DNA from: Candidatus Poribacteria bacterium
GTDB taxonomy: Bacteria; Poribacteria; WGA-4E; WGA-3G
Direction of reading: 5' to 3'
Length of the DNA stretch: 64,000 nt
Assembly: GCA_963668035.1 (NCBI GenBank)
Contig: OY764073.1
Span: 3,138,930-3,202,929 of the forward strand
A program made the position numbers and the translations under genes. The notes beneath the pieces are model-generated. The model was not told where the DNA came from. It searched no databases and saw nothing but the letters and a program-made list of their open reading frames with translations. How positions within the stretch are numbered: the stretch's first letter is position 1; the number at the start of each line of letters is the position of its first letter. Shown here piece after piece: positions 31,314-40,153 of this stretch.

Positions 31314-31357
31314 TAGGCGTGTTTGGATAGAGTTCTATCCGACTACCGATAGCCATT

Positions 31358-31927
31358 TTATAGCTGTAGCGTCAAAAAGTTTCCGAGTAGATCTTTCCCC
31401 GCGGCTGTTAAAATTGACTCCGGATGGAATTGCACACCCCAAATAGGTAGAGTCTTATGCCGCAGCCCCATAATCTCGTCCTCATCTGTCCACGCTGTGA
31501 TCTCAAGGCAATCGGGTAGCGTCTCCTTTTTCACGATGAGCGAATGGTAGCGTGTCGCTTCAAAGGGGTTATCTAACCCCTCAAAAATCTCAGCACCGTT
31601 ATGGTGTATCATGGAAGTTTTACCGTGCATCAACCGATCCGCACGCACGACATCGCCGCCAAAGACATCACCGATGCACTGATGTCCAAGGCAGACTCCC
31701 AAAATAGGCACTTTCCCTGCGAAGTGTTGTATCGCATCGTTAGATATGCCTGCCTCTTTCGGGGTGCAAGGCCCAGGTGAAATGACAATCCGTTCCGGTT
31801 GCAATGCGTCCAAGGCATCCAATCCTATCTTGCGACTTCGGTGTACTTCCAATTCAGCACCGAGTTCTCCCAAATACTGCACGAGGTTGTAAGTAAATGA
31901 GTCGTAGTTATCGATCATTAAAACCAT
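31358..31927 (-). CDS. trpG: Anthranilate/aminodeoxychorismate synthase glutamine amidotransferase component.
   Basis: [15 protein letters not shown] and GVCLGHQ catalytic Cys, 189 aa. It lies downstream of trpE. Confidence 0.9.
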   Translation of the reverse strand: MVLMIDNYDSFTYNLVQYLGELGAELEVHRSRKIGLDALDALQPERIVISPGPCTPKEAGISNDAIQHFAGKVPILGVCLGHQCIGDVFGGDVVRADRLMHGKTSMIHHNGAEIFEGLDNPFEATRYHSLIVKKETLPDCLEITAWTDEDEIMGLRHKTLPIWGVQFHPESILTAAGKDLLGNFLTLQL

Positions 31928-32021
31928 TTTTTCTCTCCTATAGCAGCGGCAATTCCTGTGCTTTAAACCCCCTAAATCCCCCTTATCAGGGGGACTTTAA
32001 GACGGAATGCGTAAGTCCTAC

Positions 32022-33524
32022 CTATAATAAAAGTCCTTGCTCCGCCATCTCAATAGCACTGAGCAAAGCCCACGCCTTACTCATCGTTTCATAATACTCA
32101 TTTTCAGGCACCGAGTCCGCAACGACACCGCCGCCCGCTTGCACATAAGCGGTGCCATCTTTGATAACCGCGGTTCGGATTGTGATCGCCGTGTCCGCAC
32201 TGCCGGAGAAACTGAAATAACCGACCATGCCGCCGTAGGTGCCGCGACGTGTCGATTCCAGTTCGTCAATGATCTCCATCGCGCGTATCTTCGGGGCACC
32301 AGAGAGTGTGCCTGCGGGGAGGCATGCGCGGATCACATCGAAAGCCGTGAAATTTTCGCGCAACCGTCCAATAACGTGTGAAACGATGTGCATCACGTGC
32401 GAAAAGCGTTCGACTATCATCAGGTTGGTAACTTCAACGCTGTGATATTCACAGACGCGCCCGAGGTCGTTCCGTCCTAAATCGACGAGCATTACATGTT
32501 CCGCCCGTTCCTTCGGATCGGAAATTAGAGCCTGTTCTAATTCGCGATCCTCTTCGGGTGTCTTACCCCGTGCGCGTGTGCCGGCGATCGGAACCGTCTG
32601 CACAATCCCATCTTCTACGCGCACCATCATCTCTGGCGACGCGCCCACAATATCAAAGCTCTCCAGTTTCAGGTAATACATATACGGGGACGGGTTCACC
32701 ACGCGTAACGCCCGATAGATGTCAAACGGGTCCACAGATACCGGACGACTGAACCGCTGCGAAGGCACAACCTGTATGATGTCGCCTGCTGCGATATATT
32801 CCTTCGCACGCCGGACGACTGCCTCGTAAGCGGGTTGTGTGAAATTTGAATGCGGATCCGGCACAGTTTCAGGCGGATTATGCAAACGAGCCTCTCTATC
32901 ACCCCTCAAATGTGTTTCGGGCGTAGCTATGAGTTTTTCGACCAATGCCTCAATTTTCGCAACGGCATCGGCATAGGCAGCATTGACATCTCCATCAATA
33001 TGCGCGTTGGCAACAATCTTAATCTGATGGTTGACATGATCGAACACCAGCAGCGTCTCGGCTATCATGAAAAAGCAATCTGGAAGTTGCAGTTCATCTT
33101 CGGTAGTGTCAGGCAATTCCTCGACGAAGCGCACCATATCGTAGCTCATATAACCGACAGCACCGCCGTGGAACTGTGGCAACCCTTCAATATCGACAGG
33201 TTGGTACTTCTGCATCACTTCTTCAAGGGCCGACAGCGGATCCTCGTATTCCTGCGATACTGTTTCGCCTTTTTCTAAATATTCAATCGTAACCCGATGT
33301 CCCTTACTCTGAAAGAGTATGGATGGCTGGCTCCCCAAGAAAGAGTAGCGTGCGACGTTCTCACCGCCCTCCACACTCTCTAATAAGAACGCATAATTAT
33401 CAGGCATCAACTTATAGAAAGCGGACACCGGTGTCTCCATATCCGCCAAAATCGGGCGATAGACCGGCACTGTGTTTCCTAATTTCGCTTTCTCTTGAAA
33501 TTCCTCCAACGTTGGATAATACAT
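32022..33524 (-). CDS. trpE: Anthranilate synthase component I.
   Basis: Chorismate-binding domain motifs (GAPKIRAMEII, RGTYGGMVGYF), 500 aa. Confidence 0.9.
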   Translation of the reverse strand: MYYPTLEEFQEKAKLGNTVPVYRPILADMETPVSAFYKLMPDNYAFLLESVEGGENVARYSFLGSQPSILFQSKGHRVTIEYLEKGETVSQEYEDPLSALEEVMQKYQPVDIEGLPQFHGGAVGYMSYDMVRFVEELPDTTEDELQLPDCFFMIAETLLVFDHVNHQIKIVANAHIDGDVNAAYADAVAKIEALVEKLIATPETHLRGDREARLHNPPETVPDPHSNFTQPAYEAVVRRAKEYIAAGDIIQVVPSQRFSRPVSVDPFDIYRALRVVNPSPYMYYLKLESFDIVGASPEMMVRVEDGIVQTVPIAGTRARGKTPEEDRELEQALISDPKERAEHVMLVDLGRNDLGRVCEYHSVEVTNLMIVERFSHVMHIVSHVIGRLRENFTAFDVIRACLPAGTLSGAPKIRAMEIIDELESTRRGTYGGMVGYFSFSGSADTAITIRTAVIKDGTAYVQAGGGVVADSVPENEYYETMSKAWALLSAIEMAEQGLLL

Positions 33525-33714
33525 GAGTAGCTCCTTATGTAGTTATCAGTTTTCAGTTATCAGTTATCAGTCTGGTTTTTGATTCACCAATACCTTTTCG
33601 CACGCTTGTTACGTTTATGGGTAACAACGGTTACCAAGGGATCGTCAAGCATTAGAAACCTCTTAACCGAAAACTGAAAGGTTTTTCGCAGAAAACCGAA
33701 CTGACGACTGACAA
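33525..33714 (-). repeat. Intergenic inverted-repeat element, copy C, in the same orientation relative to transcription as A and B.
   Basis: On the minus strand it reads ttgtcagtcgtcagttcggtttt...cagttttcggttaagagg ... cagactgataactgataactgaaaactgataactac. It lies between hisI and trpE. Confidence 0.75.
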
Positions 33715-34092
33715 CTATTTTCCCTCTGCTTCAAAAACCTTATCGCTTATAACACGCGTTGACTCGCCGTCGGGGGAGACTTCCCGAAAAAAGCAGGAGC
33801 GGTAGCCGACATGGCACGCTGCGACCTTCTGCTCGACTTTGATGAGGAGGGCATCACCGTCACAATCCACTGCGACGGACTCAACTGTCTGTGTATGCCC
33901 TGAAGTCTCCCCCTTAATCCACAGTTTTTGGCGGGAGCGACTCCAGAAGCAGACGCGTCCTGTCGTCAGCGTGTGCGTTATCGCTTCGGCGTTCATATAA
34001 CCGACCATCAGCACTTCGTTGTTGGTGCGATCCTGAATCACTGCGGCGACCAAGCCATCACGGTCATATTTGAGTTCGGATAGAATTTTCAT
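33715..34092 (-). CDS. hisI: Phosphoribosyl-AMP cyclohydrolase.
   Basis: LVAAVIQD, MVGYMN and CDGDALL(I) motifs, 125 aa. Confidence 0.9.
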   Translation of the reverse strand: MKILSELKYDRDGLVAAVIQDRTNNEVLMVGYMNAEAITHTLTTGRVCFWSRSRQKLWIKGETSGHTQTVESVAVDCDGDALLIKVEQKVAACHVGYRSCFFREVSPDGESTRVISDKVFEAEGK

Positions 34093-34247
34093 GTTGGTTC
34101 TCCTTTTAAAAGCAAAAAACCTTATGCAGCTTCGGATTCGTGTGCATAAGGCTTAAAATTCAGAAATAAAAAACGACGATTTTCAATCTCTACTTTAGCT
34201 ATCCATTTAAGCGCACACTCCTCCGCAAGCAGTTGGAATGCCACCAA

Positions 34248-34310
34248 TGCCAATGGATAACGATGCTATGCAAGTTGGAATGTGAACGTGGAGGTATCAT
34301 TTTTCTCACT
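34248..34310 (+). repeat. ~55-bp dispersed direct repeat, copy 1 of 2 (copy 2 at 35268-35325).
   Basis: gatgctatgcaagttggaatgtgaacgtggaggtatcatttttctcac aligns with gatgctatatgagttggagtgtgaatgtaaaagtgtcattcttctcgc. Confidence 0.7.
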
Positions 34311-34359
34311 TTTTCGGTAAAATATTTGGTTCCAAACCGTAATAATTTAGCAATTCTTG

Positions 34360-34728
34360 TTAGTGACTTATCAAATAGAGGTTCACTGCAATAATTAATA
34401 CATTTAGGGCATAAAATCCCACATCCGTTTTTCCAGCGGAATGTCCAGGATTCGCGTGCGCGCTCGGTGTGTGGGGCGGAACGAAAGCGTTGTTTCCTGT
34501 CATGGTGGACTGCGTCTTCGTATGTTCTTCACTGACAACCTTCATCTCATAGTCCCCTGTTTCAGGATTCTTTACCAGCTGCTCTACTACTGTATGCGTT
34601 TCTGTCGTCATCATAGGTACAGCCGGTGTCGTTTGTGTATGTGTCGTGCTGGCACAACCGTGAAGAAGTATTAACATCAGAACGATACTTGTGCAGTAAA
34701 AGACTGTAAACACGCTCACATGTTTCAT
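34360..34728 (-). CDS. Hypothetical small lipoprotein.
   Basis: Signal peptide with lipobox LLHGC and a Thr/His-rich mature region. Confidence 0.5.
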   Translation of the reverse strand: MKHVSVFTVFYCTSIVLMLILLHGCASTTHTQTTPAVPMMTTETHTVVEQLVKNPETGDYEMKVVSEEHTKTQSTMTGNNAFVPPHTPSAHANPGHSAGKTDVGFYALNVLIIAVNLYLISH

Positions 34729-34864
34729 TTTTCTCCCCCTTTTCCCAAATTATCTTTTCGCAAGAGTGCATGATTTGCTAAGTACGTGGTTACATGAACC
34801 GAGGCGTTAATATTATTAATGATACCATATCTAATCTGCGTTGTCAAATTTTTTGTGGGTATCG

Positions 34865-35015
34865 GTTTCGCTGGTGCGTAAAGTTTTTGGCATGCAAGGG
34901 TGAAAGCCAATTTTCTTTGGTAGTGTCCGTCTTTAGTCCCGTAGGGACATCATGTTTATAGAGATGTGTTTTAAAACAAAAGCTTAGCCCTGTAAGGGCG
35001 AAATGTTTATCGGGT
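34865..35015 (+). repeat. Dispersed repeat carrying the hairpins GTCCCGTAGGGAC and GCCCTGTAAGGGC (related copies at 38150-38360).
   Basis: tagtcccgtagggacatcatgtttatagag and ttagccctgtaagggcgaaatgtttat both recur near 38.2 kb in both orientations. Confidence 0.7.
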
Positions 35016-35028
35016 TGGATCAGTCGTG

Positions 35029-35267
35029 TAGGTTGGGTTGAACGGAAATCAGAAGATAGAGATGATCTGCAAAATACACCTATATCAAACCTGACCGCTT
35101 TCAAAATCAAAAATCCATTGAAACCCAACTTCATACCGCCAGGGGTTCCAGAAAGCACAAAGACGTTGGGTTTCACTCGGTCTCTGGTTAATGTGTCGCC
35201 CCTTGAGAAAGTTTCGCTTTTCTCTGATTTGTCCGTTTTTTATTCTATCCGTTCAACCCAACCTACT
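35029..35267 (+). repeat. Perfect 18-bp terminal inverted repeat (gtaggttgggttgaacgg / ccgttcaacccaacctac) flanking ~200 bp with no ORF; possible small MITE.
   Basis: The two IR arms sit at 35029-35046 and 35250-35267. Confidence 0.5.
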
Positions 35268-35406
35268 ACTGATGCTATATGAGTTGGAGTGTGAATGTAA
35301 AAGTGTCATTCTTCTCGCTTTTCAATAACAGTTGACAACCGCCAAATATTTGGATTTATTCACGCTAAACTTTTAACAGGGGTGCCAAATAGCGCACTTG
35401 TCTATT

Positions 35407-36348
35407 TCACTGACTATCATCTTGATTCTTTGCAGTCTCAGTCACGATTTGAATTGCTGCCACTGTCGCCGCGGACTTAATCAACTCTTGCGCCGTCTGC
35501 GATTCAGCCATGGTTTTGATAACTTCAACAGCTGCTTCTGCTTCCGCAATTTCAATAGGAACCCGCGCTTTGGCAATCTCCGCTGCCGCTTTCGCCTCGG
35601 CAACCTCAACAGGAACTCGCGCTTTGGTAATTTCAGTGATGGCAGCCGCCTCAGCAACCCTAACCTGTTTAGTAGCCTCGATACGTTCCGAATCCGTTTT
35701 AGCCTGCAACCGCATCTGAACCGCACCGATCAGTGCTTGAAGCTTTGTTTCCTCAATGGAAGATTCAGCGAGAATTCTTGCTTTCTCCGTATCCGCCTTC
35801 ATCAAAATCTTAGCCTTTTCCAAGTTGGTATAAGCTTGTGTCTTTGAAACATCTGCACCTATTTGCGCCCTGACAACTTCGGCATAAGCACGAATCTGGG
35901 CTTTCTGAATCTCGGCATCTGCACGAATCTGAGCGGTTTTCACTTGCGTATCTGCACGAGTCTGGCCTTCCGTTACATCGGCATCTGCGCGGATCTGGGC
36001 TTTGGTAACCTCGGCATCCGCGCGGGCTTTTGCCGCTTCGGTCCGCTCTTGTTCCTTCGCTATCTCTGCCTGAGCACGCGCTTGTGCGGCTTCCGTCCGC
36101 TTCTGTTCCTGTGCGACTTCCGCATCCGCGCGGGCTTTTGCCGCTTCGGTCCGCTCTTGTTCCTTCGCTATCTCTGCCTGAGCACGTGTCTTTGCCTCCT
36201 CTTTTCGAGCATCAGCACGGACTTTCTCCTTCGCGACTTGCCCGCCCTGTTTGACTGCTTCTTCCATTAAACGGCTTTTCGATGGAACACATCCCACAAT
36301 TATAATGAATGAAAGTGACGCAAAAAAACATAAAATTTTCTTAAACAT
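35407..36348 (-). CDS. Repetitive Ala/Glu/Lys/Arg-rich coiled-coil lipoprotein.
   Basis: Signal peptide MFKKILCFFASLSFIIIVGC (lipobox), then 36-aa periodic repeats (ARADAEVAQEQKRTEAAQARAQAEIAKEQERTEAAK...). Start ATG 36348 has RBS GAGAGGA. Confidence 0.6.
   Translation of the reverse strand: MFKKILCFFASLSFIIIVGCVPSKSRLMEEAVKQGGQVAKEKVRADARKEEAKTRAQAEIAKEQERTEAAKARADAEVAQEQKRTEAAQARAQAEIAKEQERTEAAKARADAEVTKAQIRADADVTEGQTRADTQVKTAQIRADAEIQKAQIRAYAEVVRAQIGADVSKTQAYTNLEKAKILMKADTEKARILAESSIEETKLQALIGAVQMRLQAKTDSERIEATKQVRVAEAAAITEITKARVPVEVAEAKAAAEIAKARVPIEIAEAEAAVEVIKTMAESQTAQELIKSAATVAAIQIVTETAKNQDDSQ
36011..36186 (-). repeat. 108-bp periodic near-identical tandem repeat inside the lipoprotein gene.
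   Basis: The 68-bp segment 36011-36078 matches 36119-36186 almost exactly. Confidence 0.8.
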
Positions 36349-36636
36349 AAAAAATAATTCCTCTCTTTCAATACCTTTGAGATATGATAGAGATGTTTCT
36401 GCATTTTTCACAGAAATTGAGTTGACACTCATAAGAATCGCCATTTTTGGGCAAAAGTATTGAACTTTAGATGTTAATATTCTGACATTTATCAAAGTTA
36501 TGTTCACACTACTAACGGCGTTGCCTCAGAGCGTGTAGTGTTATGAAAATGCGTTTTGTTTTCAAAAAGTTGCTTGATTTTTAAAGCATGAAATGGCATC
36601 CTAAGAGGTATTAACATCCTTGAGGGAGGACATCTC

Positions 36637-37795
36637 ATGCGAGAACATCTTATCAGATCAGCGAAGTTTTTTCAATCTGTTTTGTATGCGAACTTTCGGG
36701 ACATGACACCCGAACTTTCTGAAACCTTGCTTGGACTTTCAACGGGACATCTCTTTGGACTGGACAATCCGAATCAAGTCGCAGATGCTTTAGAGGTTTC
36801 GAAGAATAAACTCTATAGAGACCTCAAAGCGATGAGTCTTTATCAGTGGAAGTCTCTGTTAGTGGGTATCGTCTCTATGATCGCTATTGAAGCGATCCGT
36901 GAGACGGAAGCGAAGTCGGCCGCGACACAATCTCGGCGTTGTATCACGCTAAGTGTTGATGACACCAATGATCCTCGGTAGGTCCAAGACGCTCTCTTAT
37001 CGCTATAACTGGTGGTCAACACAGCAGAAGAACGCTATCAAAGGTCGAAACATATTAGCCATCACCATCAAGATCGGCGATGTCATTCTCCCGCTGAACA
37101 TCCGTATCGTCTCTAAACAAGGCAGAGGCAACACGGATAAACCATCGTGCTTTCGGACGATGCTCCAAGAAGTGCTTGATGTCTTTGATGCCGAAGGGAT
37201 TGATCTGAGAAAGTATCCGATCACTTTTGATTCTTGGTATGGCAGCAAAGCACTTGTTGAGGCGTTAGATGAGTTCGGATTTGCCTGCGTCCTTGTCCAC
37301 GGTAAAAGCAACTCTGTCATGGAGATTGAGGGTCAGAGCAGCAAACTTTCAGAACACAAGAAAACCGTCAAGTTGCTGACGGATCAATGGGGATGTGATA
37401 AACCCGTGCGGCGACTGCCCGCGAAGAGCCCGACTTTCGGCGAACTGGTGCTGCTCTTTTTTTCAGCAGAGAGCAAAACGCAAACGATGATGGTCTTTGG
37501 CAGACCTGGACGCTCGGCGGAAATCCTGCATATCTGGTCGCAACACCATGGCATAGAACAGTTTTGGCGACATCTGAAAACCGATCTCCGACTTTCAGCT
37601 ATGAGTTTGCATCACCGAAACGGTGCTTATGGGTCCTTAGGGATAAAGGTTCTCAGTTATCTCATGATCCAGCAGGTGATTCGCTCAGCACGCCTCACTT
37701 TTCATCAGATAAAACTTCAACTTTCGGGCGATAGACAGATGCTGTCTATCATCAAGACGCATTTTCATCAACGAAGCACACAAGAACACCTATAA
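36637..37795 (+). pseudogene. IS4-superfamily DDE transposase (DDE_Tnp_1-like), split by a frameshift near 36960-36980; an IS remnant or inactive IS copy.
   Basis: Two overlapping ORFs in adjacent frames (36637..36981 and 36953..37795). A VDDT motif at the end of ORF1 continues as ...GKTLSYRYNWW in ORF2. There is no slippery heptamer, and the terminal inverted repeats are not clearly definable. Confidence 0.65.
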
Positions 37796-38094
37796 CCATT
37801 GACACAAACAATGTTTTGAGAAATATCAGTAAAGTTTATTTCATGGACCTTGACACCTGTTAATCATCTTAAACTTGACATTGAACGGAGCAGCAATCAA
37901 AAGAGAGTGTTATTGTTGAAATTATTGATAAAATCAAAGAACAACACGGTTTTGGTAGCATCCCACCTACATATAGGGAATACTACAAAGCACGTGCGAT
38001 TCGCAATTTAACCAACATCATTGTTAAAACTAATATACGCTCGTCAGACTGATAGAACCACCATGCTTTAGCGTGGTGAGTATATCAGTAATTG

Positions 38095-38405
38095 AAGGGT
38101 GTGTAAAGTTTTTGGCAGCGCTCCGTCGTCCAATTTATTAGAAAACCTGGTTTCCCTCTTTAGTCCTGTAAGGTTTATTTGCTTGGGTATTTCTTCGAGT
38201 ATGTTTATAGAAACACGTGGCAACAACCCGCATTAGCCCTGTAAGGGCGATATGTTTATTACATTAGTCAGACACATATCGCCCTTACAGGGCTAAGTTT
38301 TTTTGGGCAACGCATCTCTATAAACATACCGTCCCTACGGGACTAAAGAGAGGACGCTGCCAAAGAAAATTGACTTTGGACACTTCCGCGCCAAAATACT
38401 TACAC
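38095..38405 (+). repeat. ~310-bp imperfect palindromic (MITE-like) element whose arms carry the GTCC(C/T)GTAGGGAC / GCCCTGTAAGGGC hairpin repeats.
   Basis: Left arm gggtgtgtaaagtttttggcagcg...ttagccctgtaagggcgatatgtttat. The right arm is its reverse complement, ending ...cgctgccaaagaaaattgactttggac...cacaccc. Confidence 0.7.
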
Positions 38406-38426
38406 ACCCAGTAATTGAAAAAATGT

Positions 38427-38455
38427 TTGCAAAAAATGTCGCAATGTGATATAAT
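38427..38455 (+). promoter_or_regulatory. Sigma70 promoter TTGCAA-17-(TGa)TATAAT, extended -10, driving the riboswitch operon.
   Basis: ttgcaa 38427-38432, a 17-nt spacer, TG at 38447-38448, tataat 38450-38455. Confidence 0.55.
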
Positions 38456-38469
38456 ATAGACATTACAAT

Positions 38470-38648
38470 TGAATAAATTAACGGTTCAGGTGCCGGAGAG
38501 AGCCGGAGAATAGGGAAGCGCGGTGAGAATCCGCCACGGCCCCGCCACTGTGAACGATTGCAAATACCCACTGAAAAAACCACTGTCAATTAATTGATGG
38601 GAAGGTTCAGCGGACGCAAGATCGGAAGTCAGGAGACCTGCCTGGATC
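38470..38648 (+). ncRNA. Cobalamin (AdoCbl/B12) riboswitch aptamer.
   Basis: It matches the conserved core recalled from memory: ...AATAGGGAAGCGCGGTGAGAATCCGCCACGGCCCCGCCACTGTGAACG... the B12-box GCCACTG ...GGGAAGG... GAAGTCAGGAGACCTGCC. Confidence 0.8.
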
Positions 38649-38786
38649 GTGTTTCACACTTATGCTTTCGCGGGAAAGCAGCGGAACAGCGCACAGCAGT
38701 ATCCTGTTAGAAGCCGTAGGGGCGGGGTTTCCCCGCCTGATAAATCACGCAATTGCAGGATTAACATTATACAAATGTCGCCTTGT

Positions 38787-38824
38787 CCCCTGCCTTTTCT
38801 ATGAAAGCAGGGGTTTCTTGTTTC
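38787..38824 (+). terminator. Intrinsic terminator (riboswitch expression platform): stem CCCCTGC/GCAGGGG followed by TTTCTTGTTT.
   Basis: Hairpin cccctgc-c-ttttctatgaaa-gcagggg, then a U-rich tract. RBS GGAGG and ATG 38840 lie downstream. A second GC-rich hairpin (aggggcggggtttccccgcct, 38718-38739) could be an alternative structure. Confidence 0.6.
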
Positions 38825-38839
38825 ATTACGGAGGTTTTA

Positions 38840-40123
38840 ATGAACAATACTTTTTTTTCTCGGCGGCATTCCTCAGGCACGCTTCTGCTTTCGCTGGTAA
38901 GTGCGCTCATCTTCACGTTCCTCGTCAGTCCTACTTTTGGACAAACAGATGTCCAAAATCTCGCCGTTATTATCAATGCTTTGGATAAAGACGACTTGAA
39001 CATCACCTCAACACTCTCGCTTATAGATCTCGATGAACCAAATGCGAAACGCGCTGTCGACCATGAAATACTGACAATCGGTGATGTCCCGAATGGGCTG
39101 CTGATTCACGGACACCTCGCTTACATCTGCCGTTTCGATTGGATTTCCGGGGATCTCAGCGACAGCGTTTTAATCGTTAATCTGGAACAGCGGACAATTA
39201 TTGGTCATATCCCGATTGCCCCCGGTGCGTATCCGCAAAGTCTCGCGCTGGTTAGTCCAAACAAAATGTACGTTACGTGCGATAACGTTCATGAGGTACA
39301 CGTCATTGACATCCCGAGCCGCAGTGTAACGAAAATCATCACGGATTCGTCCTTCAACAAAACGACCGGTATTACGCTGCTTAACGGCAAGGCGTACGTG
39401 ACGAATCCTGCTTGGGAGTGGGATGCAGCAACGGGCAAATCTGTCTATCACGATAGCAGCGTCACGGTGATTGATACCGAGACAGATACCGTTCTAAAAT
39501 CCATCCGGATGCCTATAAATGCAGGTGGGATCCTCAACGATGGCGAATCTACTGTGATTGTCCGGACGACAGGCGATTACAATCTGGTTTCCGGGAACAT
39601 TGTCCTCATTGATGCGACTACCGATGAAATTATCAAAACGGTTGATCTCAAGACGACACCCGGCGCGTTTGCAATCAATTCACAGAAACAGCTCTTTATT
39701 CAGAGTGGCTGGCAGAATCCGGGTTTGCTGATCTACGATGTGCCGACCCAAAAGTGGATTCGAGATAAGAAGAGTGCGCTCGCCGAATTCGCCGGAGGTG
39801 CCGGGATGACTTTCGGACCAGACGGGAATCTCTACATCACCAAACCCGACTGGACCGGTGGTGGACTCTCTACTGTTCTTGTCATGGCACCAGATGAAAC
39901 CCTGATCAAGACCTACCAAGCCGGACACGGGACCGACAACATCGGTATTGTCCAAATTGTGCCGCGCCGCGAGGATGTCAATGATGATGGATTTGTCAAT
40001 TTCGAAGACCTAACCATCGCGAGCCGATTCCTCGGAAGTTACGGACCCGGCATAATCGCCGATGTCAATAGCGACGAAGTCGTTAATGTGCTTGACCTCG
40101 TGCTGATCGCACAGGAATTTTAG
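38840..40123 (+). CDS. Secreted YVTN/YncE-type beta-propeller protein with a C-terminal type-I dockerin repeat pair.
   Basis: Signal peptide MNNTFFSRRHSSGTLLLSLVSALIFTFLVSPTFGQ and repeated blade motifs (YVT, D..T.(K/T).I). Dockerin DVNDDGFVNFEDLTIASRFLG...DVNSDEVVNVLDLVLIAQ. It is the first gene after the riboswitch. Confidence 0.7.
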   Translation: MNNTFFSRRHSSGTLLLSLVSALIFTFLVSPTFGQTDVQNLAVIINALDKDDLNITSTLSLIDLDEPNAKRAVDHEILTIGDVPNGLLIHGHLAYICRFDWISGDLSDSVLIVNLEQRTIIGHIPIAPGAYPQSLALVSPNKMYVTCDNVHEVHVIDIPSRSVTKIITDSSFNKTTGITLLNGKAYVTNPAWEWDAATGKSVYHDSSVTVIDTETDTVLKSIRMPINAGGILNDGESTVIVRTTGDYNLVSGNIVLIDATTDEIIKTVDLKTTPGAFAINSQKQLFIQSGWQNPGLLIYDVPTQKWIRDKKSALAEFAGGAGMTFGPDGNLYITKPDWTGGGLSTVLVMAPDETLIKTYQAGHGTDNIGIVQIVPRREDVNDDGFVNFEDLTIASRFLGSYGPGIIADVNSDEVVNVLDLVLIAQEF

Positions 40124-40153
40124 GCGCGGCTTAGAACTGTCAAAGGATGTGGC

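Noticed and set aside
31928-32021. Hairpin CCCCC-ttatca-GGGGG between trpE and trpG as a functional element
   Set aside because: It is a single short stem within a 94-nt spacer. It is plausible as a mere structural feature and has no supporting repeats or conservation.
36950-36985. Programmed ribosomal frameshift in the IS transposase
   Set aside because: There is no slippery heptamer (A/U-rich XXXYYYZ) at the overlap, and IS4-family transposases are not known to use frameshifting. The gene was treated as a frameshift pseudogene, or a sequencing error.
38783-38839. ORF-track start of the first riboswitch-operon gene at 38783
   Set aside because: That start lies inside the attenuator terminator hairpin. 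The ATG at 38840, preceded by GGAGG and followed by a canonical signal peptide, is far more plausible.
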